DNA from: Antedon mediterranea
Taxonomy: Eukaryota > Animalia > Echinodermata
DNA: 64,000 nt
Assembly (NCBI RefSeq): GCF_964355755.1
Contig: NC_092679.1
Coordinates: 5,982,201 to 6,046,200 of the forward strand
Direction of reading: 5' to 3'
The notes under the pieces are model-generated. The model did no database searches, was not told the origin of the DNA, and saw only the letters and a program-made list of their open reading frames with translations. The translations under genes and the position numbers were made by a program. This document shows, one piece after another, positions 26,957 through 39,941 of this stretch (its first letter is position 1; the number at the start of each line of letters is the position of its first letter).

Positions 26957-29900
26957 CTATAATTTGCTTTGTTGCGTTATTATCACTCCTATCCCACCGA
27001 AAGAGGGCACACTTCGTACATGGTCACTTTCTCCGACATGCTCCTTGAAAAATGCTAAAGTTTTTTCCCATGAGTCTTCTTGAGCAACTGAATGTTCGTC
27101 TGGGTAACCACCATATTTAACAGCTACACCTGTAACAATAGAATAGTTCTGTTAAACATTTGCATCAAAATAAAATAGAAAAAGAATAACAGACTCTTAC
27201 AATTCAGACAATTTGTTCTAACAATAGGCTATGTGATAGACAAAACAGGGAAGTGAACTTGTATTATTTATGCCTAGTTTATACAGCTAAAATGTGTATT
27301 CTGTATTAGTATGGAAAAGTCTTAAACGTTATGGCTAAAGATACGGTACCGTAACCATACTTCTAAAAACTAAAGGAACGGTAATTATAATAATAGGCCT
27401 AAAGGGTGCTATGTAAGATAGATGTTAATCCAATAGGTTATGGCAATGTTTTTCACCACGCCAGCTGTGTGGCTCAGTGGGTTTGTGATGAGGCTTGGCA
27501 TAAGGGGTTGGAGGTTCGATTCTTTACTTTAGGTTTTTAATATTTAGGAACGAGTTTTAATATTTAGGAACGAGTTTTATATTTAGGAATGAGTTTAATA
27601 TTTAGGTAACAAGTTTTAGGAATGCCATTTTACCGCCTTTAGCAAACGGAAGCGACCTCTATAATTACAGTACCTTTAGTTTATACGGTATCTTTAGCCA
27701 CGGCGATTTTTAAAACAGGGAAATACTCACTGTAAGACTTGTGATAACAAACAGAACAAAGAGGAGCATACGGTGGCTCAATGAGATGGCCAGCTCCAGG
27801 GTAGCTTAATATCTTCCAGTTGTCTTTGCCATGTTCTTTAAGATATTCACATGCTAACTTGGAGTGTACTTCGCTGGTGCTTTTATCATCAAGACCAGCG
27901 ATAAAAAGAAATTGACATGCAGCATCTTCAAGCTGTGAAATAAAACCTTATACTTATTTTGATGCTAAAAGATCATTACTGTGTTGTATAGCCACTTGTG
28001 ATTGGCTATTCACTCAATAATATTTTCATAAATGTATACAGTATTTGGAAATTACTGAAATTCGATGTGGGCACACAACAACTCACCTCCTTTATGACAA
28101 CAATTGTTACACCGACGATCTTTTAAATTAATTTCTGGGGCTTCCGTATATCCTAGAAACACCAGTAAAACTCTTCTTGATTGAGGCCTGTTACAATTAA
28201 CTGCTAATGTAGAAAACGCCAGCTAATGTCGAAACAACTGCTAATGTAGAACAATCTACCGCTAATGTAGTAATCTCAAGCTAATGTAGCGGTTGTTTCG
28301 AAGCTTGCGTTTTTTAGTTGTAACAAGGCGCCAGATAGTTTCTCCGCAAACGAAAAACGCGCTGAACTGACGCAGAGATAATTATTTGGACATAACAAGA
28401 AACGATAAAACAAAGACTTATGGCAAGTATAATAAAACGTGACCTTCTATGATGAAGAACTTACATTAATAATTGTTGAGTGGTCAATATCTTCACGTTT
28501 ACAAGGCAAGTAACGAGTAATGTCAACAATGTCATCTTCTTTAACAACTCTATCAAGATAAACGCTAAACAAAAAACATACATGATATTAGAATTCAAAA
28601 TTGTATATTTTAATCATGTAGGTATTCACATCCTGAATTGTACACATGTTATGTGTTGACATTTACATCCAGATTTGAGCTATACCAGTCATGCCAACAT
28701 CCAAACATCCGAAACATGGTAGTGCTACTGACAAAAAATGAGTCACTGGTGTCTATAACTTAAATTCTCATATACTGTACATATATAATAAATTCTCATA
28801 TACTGTACATATATAATTTAAGTATGTGTCTCCTTCAGAAAGGAGGGTCAGGAGGACGTATATTTGAGTGATTACTTTTTACCAATCACTAAGTAATTAA
28901 TCAGTATTTTCTTACTTTAAACAGTTGGATTCCTTTCCTTTGTATAATCTTGCAGGCTCACCTGGGGTATAGAATGGAGTTCCATTTATGCACACACACG
29001 CTTTGACCTAACAAGGGTCAGAAAAACACCAATTACCTTAATATTTTTTTAATAGTTTTAGTTTGTTAATTATAGTTTGACACAATATTATAGTGACAAA
29101 GTTTATGAAATCATGGAGGAATCTCTGTGATTAAACAAAGTGAATGCTTGTTAACCTTTGGTCCACAAATGGTCGACAGCCTCAGAACAGCTTGAGCTCC
29201 TGCAGACACTCCGATGATGCCTATCCCAGAATCCATCACACATGGGTTGTTTAACATCCAATCAACTGCCTCCTGCAAACATAGTATAAAGATATATTGC
29301 CTTCCTGCCTTAGACAAAATTATTGTTTAAATAGTTAACTATGGATTAACTACGGTAGGGTAACTATAGTTTAACTAGATTAACTATGGATTAACTATTG
29401 TTGTAATCTTTGGATTTTTTGTATATCAATTAACTCGTTGATGAGAGTGACTCATTTTGGATAGTGGAATTATATATATATATCTTGTTTAAATATTGAT
29501 ATACATGCATATCTTTAGCAACCAGTGTACTATGGTTCACCTCTATTAAGGGATACAATTTTAAAATAAACATATAGGCCTAGGCCTATGTTTCAACAAA
29601 CCCGCTTCAAAAAAGGGACATTTTGTTGGATCCCAAATGTGTCACTTTTACAGCTTGTACTAAGAAACTGTGGAAATTATATTTCAAGTACATGTAATAG
29701 GACCAGCAGCTTTATGCCCATCTGAAGAATGAGGGATTAGTCGACTAAAGCCGTATAGGCACACACGCTTGTCAGAATTCCATTAACCATTTTTGCGCCA
29801 CCCCCAGCCCAACTTGATTAATAAAGAGATCAATTAAATGTACTGTACCTCAAAATATACCATATCAACTTTTTTTATGTCTGTTACCAAATCTTCATAA

Positions 29901-30723
29901 GCAAAATATGCCAACGCAAGGGAAGCAAAACCATGGGTGGCAAACAAGGAAGAACGAAATTCTGTGACTCCTCCAGAAGCACCAAATAAATCAATAATAC
30001 CTGGAAATGGACCCTTACCTGTAACATAAATTAAACAAAGCATAATTCGGCATTGTAGGCGAGGTGATTAATTAATTAACAAAGTTGTTTCTTTAACAAG
30101 ACATTTGTCAATACCTTTTGGTTTAAACAATGTTCCTCTAATATTTCCACTTCTAACCTCTATCCTATCAACATCTTTTCCCATATACCACCTTTCAACT
30201 GTCGTCTTGCCCAGAACAGATTGTGTTAGTGATTCAATATTATTTGAGTAAAAATTTGCAGTTGACAAAAATCCTTTATACACTGTTATATGGAATAGGA
30301 GCGGCGTTGTAACATCTTTCTTGACTAATCGTGTACCTGCTTTTTGTCCAGGTGAAGGTTGCATGTGTGTGAATAAACCCATCGGCCTAATTCCTGAAAA
30401 AAATTATATTCTGTTCTGTGAGACTGTAGTTAACCATTTATACTTTTTAAATTAATTAATATGTGTCCAATTAATGACAGATTCATTTTGATATTTGTTA
30501 GTAGCTACTCACCCTTGTAACTACCGCCAATTGACGGGTGCGAATCGACTTTCACTGCCCCGTTTACGTCAGGAATAAAATGTGCATACGCTTCAAAAGT
30601 CCTTCCCCTTTCCTCCACAAATGCCCGAATTGTTACATTTGGGAATTCATGTACGCCGTACACACATACCGAAATAGTTTCATCAATAAATGCTGCTGCT
30701 GGAGTAACTATAAATTGTGTCAT
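26957..30723 (-). CDS. ACOT/BAAT-family gene copy 2, 447 aa, peroxisomal (SKL)
   Basis: Exons 30723-30513, 30393-30115, 30018-29849, 29272-29156, 29007-28916, 28564-28465, 27932-27731 and 27129-26957 (1344 nt). GVSAG nucleophile elbow, [16 protein letters not shown], ends QQSKL*. Confidence 0.93.
27334..27701. mobile_element. MITE containing a SINE-head fragment and 20-bp repeats, in ACOT copy 2 intron 7
   Basis: Imperfect TIR TGGCTAAAGATAC..AACTAAAGG..GTAATTATA. Internal TGGCTCAGTGG...GGTTCGATTC and (TTTAATATTTAGGAACGAGT)n. Confidence 0.55.
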
Positions 30724-31151
30724 TTTTTCCCACGAACGGATATTTCAGATCGACTTAATAGCATAGGAGATTATTATTTATTTAGTCAAGTAACTTTGAC
30801 TATGACCAAAGATAATCGCCAGATAATCTTTGCTATGACTCACACACACACTATAAACATGATGGTTTTGTACACATGAAAGTACCAATGAGAAAGGAGC
30901 GCTTCGGCGCGGTGTGGAAATAAATGAAGTAAATACTTATCAACGAAACAATCGCATATCGTAAACTTTTGATTTTATTTACACTAATAATTCTTTTTTA
31001 CAAAAGAAGCTCGCGGAGAAAATAAAACGTCAACACATGAAACAACAGTGAAAGGCCAGGTTTACGGGTTTTTTTTCAACACGTGGCAGCACAATTTTAA
31101 AAAATAAGTTCGTGCTTTAAATAATTGGTGGCGCTATGCCAGTCTATTTCA

Positions 31152-31887
31152 CAGAGCCATATATATATGTAATGCGCGATTTGAACGATTTGCGCAATTT
31201 GAAATTGCGCAAGGATTTTCTTGCGCAATTTCAAATTGCGCAAAAAATTCCTTGCGCAATTTGAATTGAAACATGTGTTTCAAATTGCGCAAGCAACGTA
31301 TTAAATTGCGCAAGTAATCTGCAAATTGCGCAAGGTTTTTCGACAGATTGTGAAATCATGCACACCCATATTTTTTTAGTAATTTCTAAGAATGATTCAA
31401 AATTAAAGATAATGTCGCATTTCCTTACCCTCCCGGGAGCCTCCACTCCCGATTTTTTTTTCCGAATAAAAAAAATCTCGAATTCCCAATGGTTCTATAA
31501 AATACCATATTCAAACATAATATGAGGAGAAGGCATAGGCCTAAATAAATACCAATAGTAATATAATAATTTCAATTCAAATATCAGTACTAATGACGAT
31601 TAATAATACCTAAGACAACAATCAATAACAAACAGTTCGTTTTCAAATTGCGCAAAGGTGTCATATTGCGCAAGAACTATCTTGCGCAATTTACAAATTG
31701 TGCAGCGCAATTTGAAATTGCGCAAGGATTTTCTTGCGCAATTTCAAATTGCGCAAGTTGATTGCACAATTTAATATTGCGCAAGAAAATCCTTGCGCAA
31801 TTTTAAATTGCGCAAACATTCTTTGCGCAATTTTAAATTGCGCAAATCGTTCAAATCGCGCATAACATATACATATATATGGCTCTG
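31152..31887. mobile_element. Composite element: CAGAGCCATATA...TATATGGCTCTG ends with an 8-bp TSD, enclosing a TTGCGCAA-rich MITE (31169-31866)
   Basis: TSD CTATTTCA at 31144-31151 and 31888-31895. Inner TIR GT(A/T)ATGCGCGATTTGAACGATTTGCGCAATTT. Absent from the second duplication unit. Confidence 0.8.
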
Positions 31888-32145
31888 CTATTTCACAGTC
31901 AAATCTGGCGCCATGTTTGTTTATGTTCACCGACTTTGATTTAATTTACATTTTTCAAAATATTAAAAATGTTTCCTTGATGGTCCCGAAATGTCAGTCT
32001 TTTTGTCATTAAATCTTTTTTTTAAATAAATTGTATTTAAATGAAATTCTTCTAGCCGATCACAAATTCAATTGATAGTTCTTTATTTTATACACATTCT
32101 TGTACAAATATTTTACTGTATATATTATATGCATATATAGGCCTA

Positions 32146-33532
32146 TATAAAAAAATCAAGATCAAATAAGTTAAAACTGCCTCAATATAGATTTATTTTT
32201 ACAACATGTTTCGGGCATAGCCCATCATCAGGTGAAGAGAATTGTAACAAAGGATAACATATATAAGTCACAAAATTACATAATAAAACAAATCAGCCAA
32301 TCAAAGATGTTAACAAACAAAAGGCATATTTATAATGGCACGCCTCCAAAAGCTATGGGGTACAAAGCAGGAATGGTTGCTTATAAAGCAGCAAATTTAA
32401 GACAAAGACAAAAGCTTCAAGTGTAAATAATTGTTAATATGTGAATGTCTCTGGCAAAATTAATGTTTAAAAGATCTAAATTGTACATTTATGCCGGTAG
32501 GGCAAGAGTGCCAAGCTTTACAATTATTCTTTCTTCTATAATTCTACGAGATGTCTCAGAACCATTACATACCTTAACACCAGAAATTTTAATATCCGAA
32601 ATAAAAGGGAATGCTCATTATTACAAAAATGGGTGGCTACAGGTAATCCGGGAGTCTTTAGTTTAATAGACCTAACCTGCGTTTAGTTTCACCAATATAA
32701 AGCATATTACATTTAGTACACCGTTACACGAAATACAATAAACTAGATTTCTAGTGGTGCACGTAATACGATCTGTGATAACATAATTACCAGAAGGTCC
32801 TACTATTTGGTTTGAACATGAAACGTAATTACATGTCGAACATCTATTTCTATTACATTTGAATGTTCCAGTTGATTCATTACCTTTGTTTTGTAATTTA
32901 GATTTAACTAAAGTGTCTTTAATGCTTTGATCACGTCTGTAAGCTATCATGGGTGGTTCTTGAAAAATATCTTTTGTAGCGGATTTAGCTTCAGTCAAAA
33001 TTGAAAAGTTATCGCGGACAATAACCTTCTTATTCATAGGATGATACGTGAGGACTAGAGGTATGCGGTCACAAGCATTTGTATTAGGTGTAGGTTGCAT
33101 ATTTTGTCCTCGTGCGTATTTTGAGCAGAATGTGTTACGAGATTTTAAGGGAAAGAAACCAGATTTATTCAAACGGTATATTGATGATTGTGTTGGTGTT
33201 ATGTCGGGAACTTTAGATGAACTTAATGAGTTCATTAACTTCGTGAACAATTTTCATCCTGCTATAAAGTTTACTCATGAAATTTCTGACAAGTGTGTGC
33301 CTTTCCTTGATATTAGTTTATCTATTGATAAACCTGGTCTTTCTATCCGTTCACTACAAAGATACTGACGCGCACACTTATCTAAATTACAACTCTTCGC
33401 ATCCTCCAGCTTTTAAGAATGCTATACCGTATTCGCAACTTGTTAGACTTCGACGTTTATGTAGCGATGATGATGACTTTAACATCAAAGCATCTGAGAT
33501 GATCGATTTTTTCAATGCACGCGAATATCCTA
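32146..33532 (-). mobile_element. Penelope-like element family A fragment: GIY-YIG part on minus, inverted RT part on plus, degenerate
   Basis: Minus strand: RIPLVLTYHP, PPMIAYRR, KCNRNRCSTC, TCTTRNLVYCISC, YIGET. Plus strand: FKRYIDD, FHPAIKFT, YKDTDAHTYLNYNSSHP, IPYSQLVRLRRLCS. Confidence 0.88.
32198..32236 (-). ncRNA. Minimal type-I hammerhead ribozyme (Penelope family A pLTR)
   Basis: Minus strand ttcac CTGATGA t GGGC tat GCCC GAAA CAT GTT gta: intact core boxes, stem II and palindromic stem III (ACATGT). The duplicate at 40464-40502 has ATGATGA. Confidence 0.72.
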
Positions 33533-34030
33533 TGGAGCGACAAAACTCGCAAAGACAAAGAAAACCACTGGGAATTACAACTTAAAACCACAAAACCTTT
33601 TGGACTTAACATTAGGAACATACTCCCAGATCGGTAAAATTATTCCATTGACTACCAAAATTGAAGTTTCAATATTAACCACCATTTAAGCTGTTTTTAG
33701 TTTCATTCCAAAATTGTTTATATCTCTACCAAGCTACCTTCTTTGTTTTCTACTCTTATTCAGACTCCACCCTGTCACCTTTTGTTGTATTTCTTTTATT
33801 CCTGTCCACCCAGGCAGCACTTGCCAGTTCTTATACTATGACGTTATCCAAATTCCTTCACTTGCACTGCTGAAGGGCTAGTGTTGCCCGAAAGCTCCGC
33901 TAACTTTTCTGACTGTTTTACTTTATCGTTTTGATTTAGCTTTTCGATTTTTTTTGTATCTCCATTAAGTTGCAGCCACTGATACCCACAGCTTTGTCAT
34001 TTTTTCAGTTATTTGCCTTTGGATTTATAT
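33533..34030 (+). mobile_element. Penelope-like element family B, 3' fragment (EN C-terminus and pLTR)
   Basis: Translates to RKDKENHWELQLKTTKPFGLN...* (GIY-YIG C-terminal signature), then a UTR with a hammerhead-like motif, ending at (TA)n. Confidence 0.7.
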
Positions 34031-34078
34031 ATATATATATAAATCAATTGTGTTGCATAGCACTAGCACTGTGTAAAT

Positions 34079-34256
34079 TATATATAAATCATACTGTCAA
34101 ATTATAGAAACAGTGCTCATATTCGGAACATGATCTCATATTTTTTGTATGAAAAACTACGGAACTTTCACCTAATGAGCTATGCTTGACGCGATTATGA
34201 GTTGATGTTCCGAATATGAGCACTATTTCTATACTTTGACAGTATGATTTATATAT
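34079..34256. mobile_element. Short MITE in (TA)n; duplicate at ~42449-42625
   Basis: ~45-bp TIR TATAAATCATACTGTCAAA.TATAGAAA.AGTGCTCATATTCGGAACAT. Confidence 0.75.
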
Positions 34257-35094
34257 ATATATAAATCAATTTAAAAACATAAAAAAACTCAAAACCTGGG
34301 AATAATTAAGTAATTAACCAGTTTAAAATTAGGAAATCTGTCAGAATAAGAAATATATTTTTATTATGTATTATAAATTGCATTTTAATTTAAACTTTTT
34401 ACAACAACTAATTCTATGTATGAAAATAGTCCAATTTTAATTTATAGTTTTTTTTTCTCAATGTGTTGTCATGTATCTTCATGCATCTTTTGCTATAGGC
34501 CTACAGAAAGAATTCACATGTACGAAAGTAATAAAATCAATATCTTCTTTGTTAGAAAAACATTATCGCTTTTTGATGATGAACTACTCTAAAATGTATA
34601 TAGGAAATGTTTTTTTTATTTTATATCTATTATGTTGTGTTTATTGTTTTATGTTTTTTATGTAAAAGGGTCCTGCGAAAACAGAAGTGTAAACTTCTCT
34701 ATGCAGGATCCTTGCCATCATTTATGCTATGAAACTGTATTTATAAAGGATGAGTAAATAAATGTGAATTGATTGATTGATGAAGTCACATACTGATACT
34801 GAAAGAGATGTATAAATCAGGAAATTTATCCAGACATGACACAGATTTTTTAAAAAGGGGTAATGTATACAAATATTGTAATACAAAGCATTCATTATTT
34901 GGTTTATAACATCCTAACAACTAAGCCCATACAAAAATATAGCACTATGAATGGAGTAGAATCATTATAGATTTGCACACAACTAAAACAGCCTCACTTG
35001 CACAATATTTTACAAAAATATAGCTGAACATGCAATATAACACCTAATCATAAAGATGGATGAAATAAATGCATGACACATGATTGAATTAGCG

Positions 35095-38000
35095 CTATAA
35101 TTTGCTTAGCTGCACCATTATCGCTCCTATCCCACCAAAAGAGGGCACACTTCGTACATGGTCACTTTTTCCGACATGTTCCTTGAAAAATGCTAAAGTT
35201 TTTTCCCATGAGTCTTCTTGGGCGACTGAATGTTCGTCTGGGTAACCACCATAATTAACAACTACACCTGTAACAATAAATAAGACAAAAATAGGCATTT
35301 GTATCAAAATACTGTAGTAGAATAGCACACACCATCGTAAATAGTAAAATATGCAATAGAGTAAGTTCAGTCTGAGCAGTAGAGTAAATTCATGTTTCAA
35401 TCTACTGCATAGATGTTAAGCTCTGTCTACACTATCAAACTAGTTTGACCAAAAAAAGTGTGATGTTCCCAAATATGAGTGATATGACCAAAAATGGTAG
35501 TGATATGACATCATCATGTCCAAATATGGGCACACAAGATTTTTTGTTATCACATACAGTGTGATAGTGTAGAGAGAGTTTTAATCTATTTCCTAATTTG
35601 CTGGTAGGATAAAATGTGTCTGAATTAGTTTGGTACTGTACTATAACTTTCTTAAAATAGACAAATACTCACTGACTAATTTGTGATAACATAAGGAACA
35701 AAGAGGAGCATACGGTGGCTCAATGAGATGGCCAGCTCCAGGGTAGCTTAATATCTTCCAGTTGTCTTTGCCATGTTCTTTAAGATATTCACAGCCTAAC
35801 TTGGAAAATAAATCACTGGACCAGCTTTTATCATCAAGACCATTGATGAAAAGAAATTGACATGTAGCATCTTCAAGCTGTGAAAATAACAGACAATTAA
35901 CCTATTTGTATCCGTTATTTCTATTGAGGGTTTATATGTGACTATATACTACATGAATATGATTACATACATATTCAATATATCTTAAACGGTCATTGAA
36001 AGATCTATTCTTCAACAAAGAACTTACATTCATAATTGTTGAGTGGTCAATATCTTCTCGTTTGCAGGGCCAAAAACGACTAATGTCAATAATATCATCT
36101 TTTGTAGCTACCCTATCAGGAAAAACACTAGAGAAAAGAATTATAATAATACATGTTATTAGCATACAAACCTAATTGGTTAATAATAATAATAATATCC
36201 TAGATTTATGTTGTGAAACCTCTAAGCGCTGAACATTATTACCCCAGTCATTTTGGATCAAACACATATGGAAATATATTCCCATAATACAGCTAGTAAT
36301 CAGGTTATCAAGGTTATGTCTTGATCTAACCGGGTTTCCATTTATACACCTGGGTGGAGAGAGGCAAATGTAAGTAAAGTGTCTTGCCTAAAGATACAAG
36401 CAATGCAGCGAGAGTTGGATTGAAACCTCGATCTCACGATCAGTAATCAAACGTCGAACACACTGCGCCACACGCCCTCACAAAAAAAATATATATGTTT
36501 AAGCATTCACACAGGTGTGGATATTCCTTCAGAATTTATCAGTCCTCTCTGCAGTCAGAAAGTCACAAACCTTTTGATTATAGTACTGTATTGTCTTGAA
36601 TAAATTCTAGTTTCCGAAAGTGCAACTCCACAATTCTCTGCAGTCATAGAAAGTATAATTAAGAATGTATCTTATTTGCTTTTTCTTACTTCATAATATA
36701 GTTTGCAGATTGTTTTCCTTTGTATAAATTTCCAGTCCCACCTTCAGTGTAGAATGGACTTCCATTAATGCACACACATGCCTTGATCTACAAATAGTTA
36801 GAAAAAACAGCAATTAGCTCTTATGTTTTAAATATAATTATTGTAAGGTATATAAGTATATATGTGTGTGTGTGGGGGGCGGGGGAGTGGTGTTGGAGAT
36901 TTTTGTCTTTCTCATGATTTAAATCATATTGAATCTTGGTAACCTTTGGTCCACAAATGATTGACAGTTTTACAACAATTTGAGCACCAGTAGACACTCC
37001 GATGATGCCTATCCCAGAATCCATCACAAATTGATTGTTTAACATCCAATCAACTGCCTCCTGCAAAATAATTATTAGAAATTTAGAAATAGTTCACAAC
37101 CAAACTGCTATATTAATTCCTTACTTTATAAGCCAAACAATATCTTTTTTGAAGAGTGAAAAACTGTGTTTAATCTAGGTCTGAGGGCTTAGGTGGTCAG
37201 TAGGTTCATTACTGGTTAATGGGTCTTCTTGTTGATAACAAATATTAATGTTCACTAAACTATATGAACTTTGGATGCACAATTTATGTATCAATTTGAC
37301 TTGTTGACATGTCATTCTGATGAACTTGAACATATCTTGTTGAAATCTTGATATAATAATGCATATCTTTAGCAAATACTGTAGTGTAGTTATCTAAAAA
37401 CTACAATTGTAAACACAATGTATAGGCACACAGAAAAGTTAGCACTTTTCCCATCTTTTACATACCCGTCATACTCCTTACTATTCTACAGTAGTACCAT
37501 TCCATGCCCCCCCTCCCCCTCCCCCAGGCCAACTTGATTATACAGATCAATATTTACCTCAAAATATACCATATCAACTTGTTTGATGTCTGTTACCAAA
37601 TCTTCATAAGCAAAATATGCCAACGCAAGGGAAGCAAAACCATGGGTGGCAAACAAAGAAGAACGAAACTCTGTGACTCCTCCAGAAGCACCAAATAAAT
37701 CAATAATACCTGGAAATGGACCCTTACCTGTAACATAAATTAAACAAAGCATAATTCGGCATTGTAGGCGAGGTGATTAATTAATTAACAAAGTTGTTTC
37801 TTTAACAAGACATTTGTCAATACCTTTTGGTTTAAACAATGTTCCTCTAATATTTCCACTTCTAACCTCTATCCTGTCAACATCTTTTCCCATATACCAC
37901 CTTTCAACTGTCGTCTTGCCCAGAACAGATTGTGTTAGTGATTCAATATTATTTGAGTAAAAATTTGCAGTTGACAAAAATCCTTTATACACTGTTATAT

Positions 38001-38429
38001 GGAATAGGAGCGGCGTTGTAACATCTTTCTTGACTAATCTTGTACCTGCTTTTTGTCCAGGTGAAGGTTGCATGTGTGTGAATAAACCCATCGGCCTAAT
38101 TCCTGAAAAAAGTATAATCTGTTCTGTGAGACTGTAGTTAACCATTTATACTTTTTAAATTAATTAATGTGTCCAATTAATGACAGATTCATTTTGATAT
38201 TTGTTAGTAGCTACTCACCCTTGTAACTACCGCCAATTGACGGGTGCGAATCGACTTTCACTGCCCCGTTTACGTCAGGAATAAAATGTGCATACGCTTC
38301 AAAAGTCCTTCCCCTTTCCTCCACAAATGCCCGAATTGTTACATTTGGGAATTCATGTACGCCGTACACACATACCGAAATAGTTTCATCAATAAATGCT
38401 GCTGCTGGAGTAACTATAAATTGTGTCAT
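35095..38429 (-). CDS. ACOT/BAAT-family gene copy 3, 450 aa, peroxisomal (SKL); chimera of copy 2 (5') and copy 4 (3')
   Basis: Exons 38429-38219, 38102-37824, 37727-37558, 37060-36944, 36787-36690, 36127-36028, 35877-35673 and 35267-35095 (1353 nt). GVSTG, GLDD, GAGH, ends QLSKL*. Confidence 0.92.
36183..36479 (-). mobile_element. CORE-like tRNA SINE (copies at 44547-44843 minus and 3478-3737 plus)
   Basis: Head GTGGCGCAGTG...GGTTTCAATCC, core TTGTATCTTTAGGCAAGACACTTTAC...CCACCCAGGTGTATAAATGG, L2-like tail CAGCGCTTAGAG...(ATT)n. Confidence 0.75.
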
Positions 38430-38641
38430 TTTTTCCCACGAACGGATATTTCAGATCGACTTAATAGCATAGGAGATTATTATTTATTTAGTCAAGTAAC
38501 TTTGACCATGACCAAAGATAATCGCCAGATAATCTTTGCTATGACTCACACACACACTAAACACACATAGTCATGCGATAGATAAAAACAAAGATAGTCT
38601 ATAGTTATATCTTTGGTATGACAAACAAACATGATGGTTTT

Positions 38642-39941
38642 AATGGTGGTTTTGCATTAAACTGGTTTGAAAGTTATTTAGTAAACCGTAAACAGTATGT
38701 TGCGTTAGGCTCATTTAAATCATCAGTGGAGGCTGTAAATTGCGGAGTGCCTCAAGGGTCGGTTTTAGGACCACTACTATTTTTAATTTATGTAAATGAT
38801 CTTTCTAGATCAAGTGACACTCTGAAAGTCATATCCTTTGCTGATGATACTACGATTTTGTTTTCTCATTCTGATATCAATGTCTTATATAACACCGTCA
38901 ACACTGAACTAAATAAAATGACTGACTGGTTCATCTCAAATAAGCTTATTGTTAATGTACAGAAAACTAATTACATTTTATTTCGTACTCAACAAAGACA
39001 AATTGATTTCTCAAATCTTAATATTTACATTAACAATAATATTATTGAACGTAAACCCGAAGTACTATTCCTCGGAGTTTATCTACATGAATACTTGAGA
39101 TGGACCAGTCATCAAGCGTATGTATCTAAAAAGATATCTAAAGTAATTGGCATCCTTTGTAAATTAAGACACTTTTTTCCACAACATATCTTACTCTTGT
39201 TATATAACACCCTTATACAACCTCATCTTCTTTATTGCAACATTATTTGGGCAGCCGACTACCCATCAAATTTAGAAAAACTTAATAAACAAATTAAACG
39301 TGCTGCCCGTATTATTACTTTCTCTCACTATCTCGCCCCTTCCCAACCTTTACTTAAAAAACTCAATATTCTTAGTCTACATGATCTATTTACAACACAA
39401 ATTGCTTCCTTTATTTTTCAATTCTTTAATACCAAACTCCCTGTGACAATGTCTAATCTATTAAGTCATACAAAATCACACAAGTACTATTTACGTATCG
39501 ACAATAAATTTCAGCATCTTGATGTACCTCCTTTTAGACTGAAAATTTCCGAATATTTTGTTTCTGTTTCAGGACCGCGAATCTGGAATGATCTTGATGA
39601 TAAACTAAAGCATTTTAAATCTCTTTATACTTTTCGTAAAAATTTTAAAAAATATCTTATTTCTTTATACTAATTTTAATATTATGATTGTAGTACACTG
39701 AAAGTATTTTTATTTCATCGTTTTTGTTTTTATTTATTATTTTATGTAGTAAATTGTATTAGTTTAAATGTATGTGTATTGTTTCTGGGGTCTTTCTCGA
39801 GACAAGAAACTTGTTTTCTTCTAGAGAAGACCCCAAATGATGGCTTATTACTATGTTTTCACTTATGTACACACCTATAATTATATTATTGTATAATGCC
39901 ATTGTTGAATAAATAAATGTTTTTTGAACTTGAACTTGAAC
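38642..39941 (+). mobile_element. 5'-truncated non-LTR retrotransposon (CR1/L2 group), RT C-terminal half plus 3' UTR
   Basis: Uninterrupted ORF with GVPQGSVLGPLLFLIYVNDL, FADDT and FLGVYL, stop at 39673. The 3' UTR has a hairpin (ggggtctt...aagacccc), AATAAA and a (TTGAAC)3 tail. The empty site is visible at ~30869 in the other duplication unit. Confidence 0.92.

Noticed and set aside
30538-30879. Antisense ORFs over ACOT exon 1 (also 38244-38570, 47103-47294)
   Set aside because: Shadow frames, repeated only because exon 1 is duplicated.
38618-39673. Autonomous LINE or domesticated RT gene
   Set aside because: Lacks the endonuclease and N-terminal RT motifs; the start codon comes from flanking DNA.
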